The notes: generated from the letters alone by a model not told the origin. Shown: positions 1-10,283, numbered from the stretch's first letter. The stretch: 64,000 bases of DNA from Candidatus Bathyarchaeota archaeon (GCA_052246995.1 JBQPWD010000006.1:32001-96000); one strand, 5' to 3'. Numbers and translations are program-made.

Positions 1-48
1 ATTAGAAGAAAAAGGTAAGAAAGAAATTTTAGTTAACAGGCGTCATAA

Positions 49-846
49 TTGTGGAAACAAGTTTTTTCTCAGAGAAAACTTTACAATGCCATATATGAGG
101 TTAGTGATGACTCTTTTACAATGTCATTTTACGAGTTAACATATATTAACTGGGTGATTGAAAAACTTGAGATTTCAAGTAAAAGTACCATTTTAGATGT
201 TGGTTGTGGGTCTGGTAAAGTTTTAACCTTTATATGTTGTTTAAAAGGATGTTACGGTGTGGGGGTTGACATATCCGTTAAAGGCTTAAAAAAAGCGTAT
301 ACGTATGCTAAGGAGTTAAATGTTAAGAATAAATGTGACTTTGTTGTTGCTGATGTAAGGTTTCTACCTTTTAGAAGAAACATTTTTACTTCCATCATTT
401 GCAACCATGTGCTTGAACATGTTGAGGATGATTTTAAAGTTATGGAGGAGGCAGTTTCATCCCTAAATTTTGGTGGTAGAATGTATGTTGCCTCTCCAAA
501 CACCTATAAACGTGCCTTAATACTTATCCAGCTAGAGTATAGAGTTGGAGACAAGCACCATGGACATTTAAGACACTATAAAGCTGAAACTTTAACAACC
601 TATCTTTCAAAGCTTAATACAAGGGTTTTAGAGGTAGCCTACTACGACAACCTAATAAGGAAAATAGCATTTACCCTACCAAAAATTGGAGGCTTTGAGC
701 AATATTCTCTCAATAGCACAGGTTTAAGAAAAAGATTTAGTGAAGCATTATGGCTTGTTTCGGAGAAAATTGAAAAAAAGATAAGACGTATACCTACAGG
801 TTTAAACCTTTATATTGTAGCCGTAAAGAGTAAGAGTTTAAACTAA
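49..846 (+). CDS. Class I SAM-dependent methyltransferase
   Basis: Motif I ILDVGCGSG, GVDIS, ADVRFLPF, HVLEHV. Confidence 0.85.
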   Translation: MWKQVFSQRKLYNAIYEVSDDSFTMSFYELTYINWVIEKLEISSKSTILDVGCGSGKVLTFICCLKGCYGVGVDISVKGLKKAYTYAKELNVKNKCDFVVADVRFLPFRRNIFTSIICNHVLEHVEDDFKVMEEAVSSLNFGGRMYVASPNTYKRALILIQLEYRVGDKHHGHLRHYKAETLTTYLSKLNTRVLEVAYYDNLIRKIAFTLPKIGGFEQYSLNSTGLRKRFSEALWLVSEKIEKKIRRIPTGLNLYIVAVKSKSLN

Positions 847-899
847 CTGAAAACTTAAAAGAAAGAGTGTAGGCTTAACAATTCTATGGTGGGAAGGTT

Positions 900-1106
900 C
901 TACTTTTTCTTAGAAAGCCACCATTTTAGGTACTCGCTTTTCTCTCTTTTCTTTTCTTCATCAACGCTAGATTTTGCAATGTTCCTTTTTCTAAGTTCTT
1001 CGATCTCGTGGTAGTTTAACGTTAAACCGCAAACCTTGCAAGAATAAAGCTTTGTTTTTACATCATAAAACATTTCCCCACCACATTCAGGACAGTATTG
1101 AACCAT
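900..1106 (-). CDS. Small zinc-ribbon protein
   Basis: CPECGG...CKVCG pair followed by a charged helix ending YLKWWLSKKK. Confidence 0.7.
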   Translation of the reverse strand: MVQYCPECGGEMFYDVKTKLYSCKVCGLTLNYHEIEELRKRNIAKSSVDEEKKREKSEYLKWWLSKKK

Positions 1107-1228
1107 TTTTCCCTTTTACCCCGACCAATATTATGATGTTAATAAAGTACATGATAAGTATTTTGAGATACCGAAACCTTAAACTACCCAAACACGTTGT
1201 CATATGTAGGTTAAGCCTAAATTTTTAG

Positions 1229-2281
1229 GTGAATTTCTTGATTGTTGAAGCTAAACTGTATGAAAAGTTTAAGGATTCTATTGTTAGATGTAAAGTTTGT
1301 CCTAGAAGATGTTATATAGCTGACGGGAAAAGGGGGTTTTGCGGAGTTAGGGAAAATAAAGGTTCGATTCTTTATGCTTTAACTTATGGTAAGCTTACAG
1401 CTTTAAATGTTGACCCTATAGAGAAGAAGCCTCTTTTTAACTTTTGGCCTGGAAGCTACACTTTCTCGATATCTTCTGTTGGATGCTCCTTTACCTGTCC
1501 GTGGTGTCAGAATTGGAGTATATCTCAAGCCAAGCCTGAAGAAGTTTCTATGGAAGAAGTTTCATCTGAAAGTGTTGTTAGGTTTGCTAAAAATTATGAC
1601 TGTATCTCTATAGCTTATACCTATAATGAACCTATAATATGGTTTGAATATGTTCTGGACACATCAATAATAGCAAAAAAAGAAAAGCTTCTAAACATCC
1701 TTGTAACCAATGGTTATGCCACGGAAGACACCATAAATGAGTTTTCACCCTATATTGATGCCGCTAATGTTGATGTCAAAGCTTTCAATCCTGAATTTTA
1801 CCAAAAATACTGTAAAGCAAAGATGGATGATGTATTAACTGCAATCGAAAAAATGGTTGAAAAAGGCTGGCATGTTGAGGTAACCTACCTTATAATTCCA
1901 AGCTTAAATGACAACTTTGAGGAGATAAGGAAAATGGCTAGATGGGTTGTAGATAAGCTTGGACCAGATACTCCTACTCACTTTAGCAGATTTTTTCCCA
2001 TGTATAAGATGATAAAATTACCGCCAACACCATTAAACCTTATAATTAGAGCTAGAGAGATAGCGTTGAAGGAAGGTTTACGCTACGTTTACACCGGAAA
2101 CGTTGCTGGACATGAGGGGGAAAACACTTATTGTCCGTCATGTGGAAAAACGCTTGTTAGAAGAGTTGGTTTTGAAGTTTTAGAGTGGAATTTAAAAGAG
2201 GATAAACGTTGTCCACAATGTGGTGAAAAAATTGTAATTAAAGGTAAATTTGAGCGTGTAAGAAAAACAAGATTCTGGTGA
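1229..2281 (+). CDS. amrS: AmmeMemoRadiSam system radical SAM enzyme (PFL-activase-like)
   Basis: N-terminal CKVCPRRC, DPIEKKPL, CSFTCPWCQNW radical SAM motif, C-terminal CPSCG/CPQCG. Confidence 0.9.
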   Translation: MNFLIVEAKLYEKFKDSIVRCKVCPRRCYIADGKRGFCGVRENKGSILYALTYGKLTALNVDPIEKKPLFNFWPGSYTFSISSVGCSFTCPWCQNWSISQAKPEEVSMEEVSSESVVRFAKNYDCISIAYTYNEPIIWFEYVLDTSIIAKKEKLLNILVTNGYATEDTINEFSPYIDAANVDVKAFNPEFYQKYCKAKMDDVLTAIEKMVEKGWHVEVTYLIIPSLNDNFEEIRKMARWVVDKLGPDTPTHFSRFFPMYKMIKLPPTPLNLIIRAREIALKEGLRYVYTGNVAGHEGENTYCPSCGKTLVRRVGFEVLEWNLKEDKRCPQCGEKIVIKGKFERVRKTRFW

Positions 2282-2416
2282 AAAGAAGTTTTTTATGGTT
2301 ATCTTCACCTAAAAATTTTCATTTTTCCGTTAAATCTAGAGTTAATTAAGACAATTTTTCACCTTAAAATATTTAGCTTGGATTGTTTTTAAACAAAATT
2401 AGGTTGGTGGTTTAAT

Positions 2417-3268
2417 TTGAAGTTTGGAATAGCTTTTTCAAACATGCAACGAGGTTTAATTGACAGACTTAAAATTTTAGATGATATTGTAATTGAAGCT
2501 GAGAAGCTTGAGTATGACTCTTTTTTTACAATGGACCATTACATGCTTCCATGGGGTAACGAAACCTTTGAAACATGGGTTTATTTATCCTACCTTGCAG
2601 GCAAAACGTCTAAAATTAGGCTTGGAACATGTGTTACACCCATACCTTTTAGACCTCCAGCCATACTTGCAAAGATGGTTTCAACTTTAGACATAATTTC
2701 AGGTGGAAGAGTTATTGTTGGAGTTGGTTTAGGATGGTATCAAGCTGAATTTGAAGCATACAGTAGCTGGGATTCTAATGTTGTAAGATTTGAGAAAACT
2801 AAAGAGGCTCTAGACATTATGAGTAAACTCTGGGTTGAGGAAAAGGTTAACTTTGAAGGAAAATATTATAGGGTTAAGGATGCTGTTCTTCAACCAAAAC
2901 CAATTCAAAAACCATACCCACCATTATGGTTTGGAGGAACAGGTAAAAAAATGCTTAAACTTACAGCTGAAAAGGGTAGTGGGCTGGTTAGTGTTGGACC
3001 AAGATGGGCTCCAAACTATGTAACAAGTGAGAATTACCATAAACTTACTGAAAAAGTTAAGAAAATTAGGGAAAAGATGGGGAAAACAAACGATTTTACA
3101 TTTGCATGTATCATGGCTCAACATGAAAACTTTAACGAGTTTGTAAAAGAAATCGAAGAATACAAAAAAGCAGGAATGAACTATCTTATTCTTGGGATAG
3201 TAAGAGTAAGGGATGGAGTAACCCTCCTTAAAAAATTTAGGGATGAAATTGTTTTAACAATCACATAA
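2417..3268 (+). CDS. LLM-class (luciferase-like) flavin/F420-dependent oxidoreductase
   Basis: DHY, TSKIRLGTCVT, RPPAILAKMVSTLDIISGGR, PKPIQKPYPPLWFGG. Confidence 0.9.
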   Translation: MKFGIAFSNMQRGLIDRLKILDDIVIEAEKLEYDSFFTMDHYMLPWGNETFETWVYLSYLAGKTSKIRLGTCVTPIPFRPPAILAKMVSTLDIISGGRVIVGVGLGWYQAEFEAYSSWDSNVVRFEKTKEALDIMSKLWVEEKVNFEGKYYRVKDAVLQPKPIQKPYPPLWFGGTGKKMLKLTAEKGSGLVSVGPRWAPNYVTSENYHKLTEKVKKIREKMGKTNDFTFACIMAQHENFNEFVKEIEEYKKAGMNYLILGIVRVRDGVTLLKKFRDEIVLTIT

Positions 3269-3472
3269 GAACTTCAACCTTCACTAGCTTTAATCATAAG
3301 CTTGTTAAACATTATTCACTACAACGTCAACCTTAACAGCTACTAGTAATGAAAAAACATGTTAAATTTAAGGCTAAGAGCTTTAAACTTAACTTTTCTC
3401 ATGAATTTTAGATAGTAACCATTTTTATCTCTTTTCACCTCAAACTTTGCTGTACCTTAAGGAAGGAGTATT

Positions 3473-3901
3473 ATGGCTAACAGCTTAAAGTTAGATAAGA
3501 AGTTAGAAAATCACACCAGTAAGAACTCAAATCCAGCAGCATCCTCAATCAACAAGCATGCATATATTAAAGATAAAAACACGCTTCTCCAACTCTCCTC
3601 AGATTACAGTAGAACGTTTAAATTGCTTCTTGAAACTCGTAAAAAAGTTGTATCCGTAAAAGAGATAACAGAAGAAAATGGATTAAACACAAGTAATAGT
3701 TGGCTTGTTAAAACCGGGCTTTTTCTTATTTTAGCAGTACCCGAACCGTTCATTAGCGACATTATTGGAGCAACTTTATTGTGTGTAGGAGCTTTTAAAG
3801 AAAAAGCAAATAGGAAAAGCTGCATAAAGGATTACTATCGCGAATTTCATGAAAACTTGCAGAATATTTTGAAACTTAAAAAAGAGATTGCAACCCTCTA
3901 A
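3473..3901 (+). CDS. Hypothetical protein with a central hydrophobic hairpin
   Basis: 142-aa ORF with SD-like GGAG upstream; hydrophobic segment GLFLILAVPEPFISDIIGATLLCVG. Confidence 0.6.
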   Translation: MANSLKLDKKLENHTSKNSNPAASSINKHAYIKDKNTLLQLSSDYSRTFKLLLETRKKVVSVKEITEENGLNTSNSWLVKTGLFLILAVPEPFISDIIGATLLCVGAFKEKANRKSCIKDYYREFHENLQNILKLKKEIATL

Positions 3902-3980
3902 ACATAATTTAAATTTAGAATTAGAGTTTTTAGGATGCTAGCTTACCAGCCTACAAACATTTTCTACACTTTTGTTTTTG

Positions 3981-4703
3981 TTAAAAAGCTCCACGATTAA
4001 TGAGCATTCTGCGAATAGCAGGGTTTCTTGATGAAATTTCTTTTAGTACTTCCTCAAAAACTTCATCCTCCCTAAGCCGGTATTTTAAGTATACTCCAGT
4101 CCGTCCAACGTTATCTCTTCTAGTTAAAACTTTAACTCTTTCATTTACAATTTCAACACTAACTCCAAGCATGGATGCAACCTTAGCTTCTCTTCCAATT
4201 ATTGAACTTTCTACATGTCCTTTTTCTGTTGGTTCAATGAGCATCAACCTTTTGTCTACACCAACAACTCTTACATCCTTTTTCAACTCTTCAAACCCTA
4301 CTTCACCACCAAACTTGTAAAACTCTCTTTCATTTTTTGTCATCTTTACAAGTGGAAAGCTTACAACTGTAAGCTCATCCAAGTAAATGTATGCTTTAAC
4401 AACATTCCTAGGTGATGCTTGAACTATAATCCTATCATATATTTTAAACCTTTCAGCTTCAAGCAAGGTTTCAACCTCATAGGATGGAACAACATCAGTC
4501 AATACAACATCAACATCACTACTCTTACTTACATCACCTCTAGCAATACTTCCATGAGTTATTGGTGAAAAACCTCCCTTAACAAAGACTTCCATTATTT
4601 TTAAAGCTTTTAAACGTAAATTTTTAAGAAGAACCCATCTATCTTCGTCGTAGAGGACTTCTCTAAGTTCCCACTTACTTAAAGGTTTTTTAACCTTAAA
4701 CAT
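3981..4703 (-). CDS. Predicted nucleotidyltransferase (pol-beta superfamily, COG2413-like)
   Basis: HGSIARGDV...SDVDV motif; GVDKRL and GRTGV conserved C-terminal motifs; overlaps trpS stop. Confidence 0.85.
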   Translation of the reverse strand: MFKVKKPLSKWELREVLYDEDRWVLLKNLRLKALKIMEVFVKGGFSPITHGSIARGDVSKSSDVDVVLTDVVPSYEVETLLEAERFKIYDRIIVQASPRNVVKAYIYLDELTVVSFPLVKMTKNEREFYKFGGEVGFEELKKDVRVVGVDKRLMLIEPTEKGHVESSIIGREAKVASMLGVSVEIVNERVKVLTRRDNVGRTGVYLKYRLREDEVFEEVLKEISSRNPAIRRMLINRGAF

Positions 4704-5820
4704 TAGCTAAAAAATATTCTTCAACAACATCTTTAGCTTTTTCCCTTCTTTTTTGATGTTCCAGTAAAAATGCTCCAACCTTGTCAGCTAGTAAAGATTT
4801 ACACTCCCCACATAACATGCTGCCAGATTTACAACCACTCCAAATCCTCCTAATTTTACTATCATCCTCTTCAAAAAACCAGTAAAGATAATGGTATACG
4901 CTACAAATTTCAGGTGAACCTCCAAGTTTTTTCTGTTCCGCAACAGTTGGTTGACCTCCTGTAAACGCATTAAACACCTTTTTTCTAGCAACTTCAGGCG
5001 GGTCCACTACAAATATACATGTTTCAGGCTCTGAAGCGGACATTTTACCCTCCCTTCCAAGCCCTGGAAGAAACTTAGAATGTATTTGAGCAGGTTTATA
5101 GTATCCAAGTTTAGAGGCAACATCTCTGGCAACTCTCCAATAGGGATCTTGATCTATTGCTGCGGGAATTAAGCATGGAATGTTTTCTCCTGTTAATTCA
5201 GACTCTAAAAAGCAGGGCACGATTTGAATTGCCGGGAAAAATATTAAACCTATGTTTGTTGAATCCTCAAAACCAAAAACTGCACGAACAACTGAGAAGT
5301 TTATATGTTTAGCCACCTTGATAGCAAGCTTATACATTAAACCCATGTTTTTAATATTCGAAATTATCTTAGTTTTGTTCTTATCAAAACCTATTGCAAC
5401 AACATCTAAAGCATTATCATACATATAGCTTATTGAAGTTTCAACTTCAAAGTTGTGATGAATAAGAAATTTTTCGTCATCAGTCATTTGAAAGTAAAGC
5501 TTAGCATTAAAAGTATCTTGAAGATACTTTGTAAAAACCCATGGAAGTATATGTCCTATATGAACTGGACCTGAAGGCCCCCTACCAGTATAAAGAATGA
5601 ATTTTCCACCCGACATGTAAAAATTTAAAATCCAGTCAAAATCTCTATGACAGAAGAAGAAGTTTCTTCTTAAGAGAAAATGTAATTCTCCAGAGTACTT
5701 TTTAACCTTGTCTAAAATTTCCCCTACTAATGGTTGGGTACCAAACTTTTTTATAAGCTTCTCATAATCTACCTTACCAGAAACTTTCCATGGAGTTACA
5801 ACCATTTCCTCCTCTGCCAC
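4696..5820 (-). CDS. trpS: Tryptophan--tRNA ligase
   Basis: YTGRGPS, HIGH, AIDQDPYWR, KMSAS. Confidence 0.97.
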   Translation of the reverse strand: MAEEEMVVTPWKVSGKVDYEKLIKKFGTQPLVGEILDKVKKYSGELHFLLRRNFFFCHRDFDWILNFYMSGGKFILYTGRGPSGPVHIGHILPWVFTKYLQDTFNAKLYFQMTDDEKFLIHHNFEVETSISYMYDNALDVVAIGFDKNKTKIISNIKNMGLMYKLAIKVAKHINFSVVRAVFGFEDSTNIGLIFFPAIQIVPCFLESELTGENIPCLIPAAIDQDPYWRVARDVASKLGYYKPAQIHSKFLPGLGREGKMSASEPETCIFVVDPPEVARKKVFNAFTGGQPTVAEQKKLGGSPEICSVYHYLYWFFEEDDSKIRRIWSGCKSGSMLCGECKSLLADKVGAFLLEHQKRREKAKDVVEEYFLANV

Positions 5821-5922
5821 AACAATCCCCCAGTTATTTTAAACATCAATGTTTAAAAGTTAACTTGCTTATAAATTGAAGGATAAGCATCTAGTAACTA
5901 GGTTTGAGGGTAGAAAAAGAAG

Positions 5923-7431
5923 TTGTCCATAGACAAAGTTTCTTACGATATTCTAACCGTTTTAAAGGAAAGAGGAGGAAGCTTAAGCTTTGACAATCTT
6001 AAAGAAACTTTAAATCTTGATGAATCTTCGCTTACACGAAACATTTTAAGCTTAGAGAAAAAGGGTTATGTTAAAACATTTGAAGAGAAAAAAACTTTTT
6101 ACAGTTTAACTGATGAAGGTAGAAGTTGTGTAAGTGAAGGGTTACTTGAAAGAAAAATCTATGAGGTTGTAGCTAGCCTTGGCGGAATTCTTCCAGTAGA
6201 GAATATCACTAAACACTTGGATATGCCAGAAAAGCTTATAGATGCCGCCTTAGGTTGGCTTGTGAAAAAAGGTTGGGGTAAAATTTTAAGGGAGGATAAA
6301 ACTGTTAGGGTTGATCCATCCATTAAGCCTGTTGAAGGTTTGGATGAAAAACTTTTAAAGAGAATCTTTGAAGAAAGAGAAATTGAGGATAAAAATCTTA
6401 GTAGTGAAGAATTTAAAGTTGTTTTGGAGCTTAAAAAAAGAGGACTTGTTAGGGAAAAAACTGCTTCATTAAGGTACGTCCAGTTAACTAATGAAGGATT
6501 AAACTACGTTGAAGAGGTTAAAAAAGCCGAGTTTAAACCTAAACCTGAAATCTCTATTTTAACAAGTGAAATTATTACTTCTGGCAAGTGGCGTGAAGTT
6601 GAATTTAAAAAATACGATGTAACAGCTCAGCCACCAACAATCTATCCTGGGAAAAAACACTTCTTCCTAGAGTTTATTAGGCAACTTAAAAACATACTTG
6701 TATCCCTAGGTTTTGAGGAGGCTGACGGACCCTATGTGGAGCTTGAATTTTGGAATTTTGACGTCTTATTTCAACCTCAAGATCATCCTGCAAGGGAGAT
6801 TCATGACAGTTACCAGGTTAAAAATCCAATGTATGGTGTGTTAAAAAATGAAAACTTAGTTAAAAAGGTTAAAAAAACACATGAAAATGGTTGGATTACA
6901 GGTTCTACCGGTTGGAGATATGAGTGGAGTTTTGATGTCGCCAGAAAACTTGTTATGAGAAGTCAAACAACAGCTGTTTCTGCAAGATTCCTTTTTGAAA
7001 GAAAAAAGGTTCCAGTAAAAATGTTTTGTGTTTCAAGGGTTTTCCGTCCTGATGTGTTGGATGCTAAACATGCTATGGAGTTTTACCATTGTGAAGGAAT
7101 AGTAGCTGATGAAAACTTAAACTTTAAACACCTACTTGGAATGTTAAAAAAAATTGTTAATGCGTTAGGAATTGAGAAAGTTAAATTTAAACCTGGATAT
7201 TTCCCATTTACAGAACCTAGTGTTGAGGTTTTTGTTTACCATCAAAAAATAGGTTGGATGGAGTGTGCTGGTGCAGGCTTATTTAGACCGGAAGTAACTC
7301 TTCCACTTGGAGTTAAATGCCCTGTTTTGGCGTGGGGTATAGGTGTTGATAGGCTTGCTATGGTTAGGCTTGGTGTTGACGATATAAGGGAGCTTCATAC
7401 TAGAAGGCTTGATTACCTTAGAGCAAGGTGA
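5923..7431 (+). CDS. pheS: Phenylalanine--tRNA ligase alpha subunit (archaeal long form)
   Basis: WNFDVLFQPQDHPARE, YFPFTEPS, AWGIGVDRLAM; N-terminal winged-helix extension. Confidence 0.97.
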   Translation: MSIDKVSYDILTVLKERGGSLSFDNLKETLNLDESSLTRNILSLEKKGYVKTFEEKKTFYSLTDEGRSCVSEGLLERKIYEVVASLGGILPVENITKHLDMPEKLIDAALGWLVKKGWGKILREDKTVRVDPSIKPVEGLDEKLLKRIFEEREIEDKNLSSEEFKVVLELKKRGLVREKTASLRYVQLTNEGLNYVEEVKKAEFKPKPEISILTSEIITSGKWREVEFKKYDVTAQPPTIYPGKKHFFLEFIRQLKNILVSLGFEEADGPYVELEFWNFDVLFQPQDHPAREIHDSYQVKNPMYGVLKNENLVKKVKKTHENGWITGSTGWRYEWSFDVARKLVMRSQTTAVSARFLFERKKVPVKMFCVSRVFRPDVLDAKHAMEFYHCEGIVADENLNFKHLLGMLKKIVNALGIEKVKFKPGYFPFTEPSVEVFVYHQKIGWMECAGAGLFRPEVTLPLGVKCPVLAWGIGVDRLAMVRLGVDDIRELHTRRLDYLRAR

Positions 7432-7440
7432 AATCAAAGA

Positions 7441-9147
7441 ATGCCAACCGTAAATATTTCATATAAGGATGTCTGCAGGCTGGTAGGTAGAAAGCTTAAA
7501 CTGGAAGCCCTAGAAAAGGTTTTGCCTTTAATTAAATGTGAAGTTAAATCTGTTACTGGCGAGTCTATAACTGTTGAGGTTAACTCTGACAGGCCTGATA
7601 TGTTTTCGGTTGAAGGAATTGCTAGAGTTTTTAAAGGATTTTTATCAATAGAAAAAGGTTGTCCTAGATATAAGGTTAAGAAAAGCAGTGTCACAATTAA
7701 TGTTGATGAAAAGGTTAAAAACGTCCGTCCATTTGTTGTTGGAGCCGTAATTAGAGATGTTAAGCTGGATGATGATGGATTTCAGCAGCTTATCCAGCTT
7801 CAAGAAAAACTTCATGAAACTATTGGTAGAGGACGAAGAAGGGTGGCTATTGGGGTACATAATTTTGATAAAATTAAGCCTCCAATAACTTATACAGCTA
7901 TCCCACCCGAGAAGATAGTGTTTACACCTTTAGATGGAGATAAACCCTTAACAGGAAGTGAAATTCTTGAAAAAACCTTTCAAGGTAGGAAGTATGGATA
8001 CATAATTGAAAAGTATTCTTGCTATCCTATACTTTTAGATGCTAAAAACATGGTTTTGTCAATGCCTCCAATAATAAACGCGGAGGATACAAAGGTTAAA
8101 CCTGAAACAAAAAAACTCTTTCTAGACATTACTGGATGGAGTTTTAATGCTGTAAACCAAGCTTTAAACATTCTTACTACAAGTCTTGCCGAACGTGGAG
8201 GAAAAATTGAAGGTGTTAAGGTTGTTTACCCTAGAGGCTATAAACCAAGAGTTTTTTGGGCTGGTGAGCTAAACCCAACCAGAATTAATGTAAGCCTAGA
8301 TTATATTAATGCCGTTTCAGGTTTGAATTTAAGTCTTAAAGATGCTGTTAAACTTGCTGAAAAATCACGCTTTGATGTTAAAGTTGAAAAAACCAAACTA
8401 AATTTAACAATTCCACCATACAGGTTTGATATTCTACATCCAGTAGATGTTGTTGAAGACTTGATAATAGCTTATGGGTATGATAAGGTTAAACCTGAAG
8501 AACCTAAAACATTTACAGTAGGAAAACTTATGCCTAAAACTTTATTCATGGATAAAGTTAGGGATTTAATGGTTGGCTTCGGTTTCCAAGAAATTGCAAA
8601 CTATGTTTTAACAAGTAAGGAAAACCAGATTTATAGGATGAACTTAAAAGATGAGGATGTAAAACTTATTGAACTTTTAAACCCTAAAACACTAGAATTT
8701 TCAGTTGTTCGCGGATGGCTTATTCCAGGACTCTTAATCTTTCTATCACACAACACGCATGTGGATTATCCACAAAAAATTTTTGAATGTATGGATGTTG
8801 TTGTGTTTGATGAAGAAGCTGAAACTAAAACCAGAAACGAGTTAAGAGTTGCAGCTGCAATCTGTAACTATAAGGTAAGCTATGAAGATATTCAATCCAT
8901 ACTTTACATGCTACTTAAAAACCTTAATATTAATGATTGGATTGTTGAGGAAACCACTCATCCAAGCTTTATTCCTGGAAGAGTGGCAAAAATAAAGTTT
9001 AATGGTGAAGATTTAGCAGTTTTAGGAGAAATTCATCCAAAGGTTCTTGAAAACATTAACTTACCAAATCCCGTTGCAGCTTTCGAGTTAAACTTGATGA
9101 AACCATTAAGCATATATTTAACCATGAATCAATCAACGTTTTACTAA
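7441..9147 (+). CDS. pheT: Phenylalanine--tRNA ligase beta subunit
   Basis: NSDRPDMFSVEGIAR, PPIIN, PPYRFDILHPVDVVED, GEIHP; follows pheS. Confidence 0.97.
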   Translation: MPTVNISYKDVCRLVGRKLKLEALEKVLPLIKCEVKSVTGESITVEVNSDRPDMFSVEGIARVFKGFLSIEKGCPRYKVKKSSVTINVDEKVKNVRPFVVGAVIRDVKLDDDGFQQLIQLQEKLHETIGRGRRRVAIGVHNFDKIKPPITYTAIPPEKIVFTPLDGDKPLTGSEILEKTFQGRKYGYIIEKYSCYPILLDAKNMVLSMPPIINAEDTKVKPETKKLFLDITGWSFNAVNQALNILTTSLAERGGKIEGVKVVYPRGYKPRVFWAGELNPTRINVSLDYINAVSGLNLSLKDAVKLAEKSRFDVKVEKTKLNLTIPPYRFDILHPVDVVEDLIIAYGYDKVKPEEPKTFTVGKLMPKTLFMDKVRDLMVGFGFQEIANYVLTSKENQIYRMNLKDEDVKLIELLNPKTLEFSVVRGWLIPGLLIFLSHNTHVDYPQKIFECMDVVVFDEEAETKTRNELRVAAAICNYKVSYEDIQSILYMLLKNLNINDWIVEETTHPSFIPGRVAKIKFNGEDLAVLGEIHPKVLENINLPNPVAAFELNLMKPLSIYLTMNQSTFY

Positions 9148-9223
9148 AAAACGTTTTTTAACTCAAAACTTGTGTAAACCTCCACGTTTAAGTTAAAATA
9201 TTAATTAACCAATAATTTTTTAT

Positions 9224-9351
9224 GCTGAAACCACCGTTCTCCAGAAACCCGCGGAGACGGTTCCAACCTAGTAAGCGTTCGTTCTTAAGGAACGCTATCG
9301 ATGAGGAAGGAAAAAACCCAGCCGTGGAACATGGAGGATGGTGGCAGCAAA
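9224..9351 (+). ncRNA. Putative H/ACA pseudouridylation guide RNA (target 23S U2586, E. coli numbering) enclosed in a BHB-closed stem
   Basis: GC-rich island in an AT-rich spacer. GCUG/CAGC helix flanked by AAA bulges; 13-bp stem 9231-9243/9332-9344 whose G-U pairs favour the + strand; lower stem CCGCGG/CCGUGG; ACA at 9329-9331; pocket strands GACGGUU and AACCCAGC complementary to the conserved 23S sequence GCUGGGUU-UA-GACCGUC; K-turn-like loop near the apex. Confidence 0.75.
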
Positions 9352-9359
9352 AAGTCAGC

Positions 9360-10283
9360 TTACACTATCAAGGATAAAAGGCCTCTTTGAAGGTGAAGTC
9401 TATTTTCAGCTTGAAACCATACAACAGACCATGGACCATCGATAACTTCATTAGTAACTTCCCTTCCGCGGTCAGCTGGTAAGCAATGCATGAAAAGACA
9501 ATCTTTTTTTGCGTACTTAAAAAGTTCAACAGTAACCTGGTACTTTGGTAGAAAGTCTTTAAGTCTTTTCTCCATTTCAGATTCAAAACCCATCGAAACA
9601 AACGTATCAGTATAGATTATGTCAGCATCCTTAACAGCATCCTCAGGTTCTGAAGTTAACTCTATTTTTGAACCTGAAGCTGTTGCAAATTCTTTAGCCA
9701 GTTTTAAAACTTCACTTTTAGGTTCATAACCTTTTGGACATGCAATGCTCATATCTAAACCAAATTTTGCACAACCTATAAGCAAAGACTGGCAAACGTT
9801 GTTTCCATCACCAATCCATGCAAGCTTTAAACCATTTAATCTACTCTTAATCTTGTAGATTGTTAGGAAGTCGGATAAGGCTTGACATGGGTGGTAAAGG
9901 TCTGATAAGGCATTAATAACTGGAATTGTAGTGCTTTCTGCAAGCTTAACAAGAGTTGCATGATTTTTAACTCTAGCAACTATACAGTTAACATAACGCT
10001 CAAGAGTTTTACCGGTATCATAAATAGTTTCACCTCTGCTAAGCTGGGATTCGCTCCAATTAAGTGTAATAGTATTTCCACCAAGCTGTTTAACAGCAAC
10101 CTCAAAAGAAACTCTTGTTCTTGTTGAAGGTTTCTCAAACAACAAAACAACAAATTTACCGGAGAGTTTTCTTGAAAATTTTTTAAGATTTTTCTCTATT
10201 CTTAAAGATTCCTTTAAAAATTCCCAAAGCTCTTCAACAGAAAAATCTGCTAATGTTAAAAAATCTCTACCTTTAAGATTCAA
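9360..10283 (-). CDS. argF: Ornithine carbamoyltransferase
   Basis: FEKPSTRTRVSF, HPCQ, GDGNNV, FMHCLP, QAENRLH. Confidence 0.96.
   Translation of the reverse strand: MNLKGRDFLTLADFSVEELWEFLKESLRIEKNLKKFSRKLSGKFVVLLFEKPSTRTRVSFEVAVKQLGGNTITLNWSESQLSRGETIYDTGKTLERYVNCIVARVKNHATLVKLAESTTIPVINALSDLYHPCQALSDFLTIYKIKSRLNGLKLAWIGDGNNVCQSLLIGCAKFGLDMSIACPKGYEPKSEVLKLAKEFATASGSKIELTSEPEDAVKDADIIYTDTFVSMGFESEMEKRLKDFLPKYQVTVELFKYAKKDCLFMHCLPADRGREVTNEVIDGPWSVVWFQAENRLHLQRGLLSLIV

Noticed and set aside
9224-9351. Considered 5S rRNA, hammerhead ribozyme or a simple terminator
   Set aside because: Length is 5S-like, but no 5S conserved loops on either strand; CGAUGA/GAAAC do not form the CUGANGA hammerhead core; too long and multi-stemmed for a terminator
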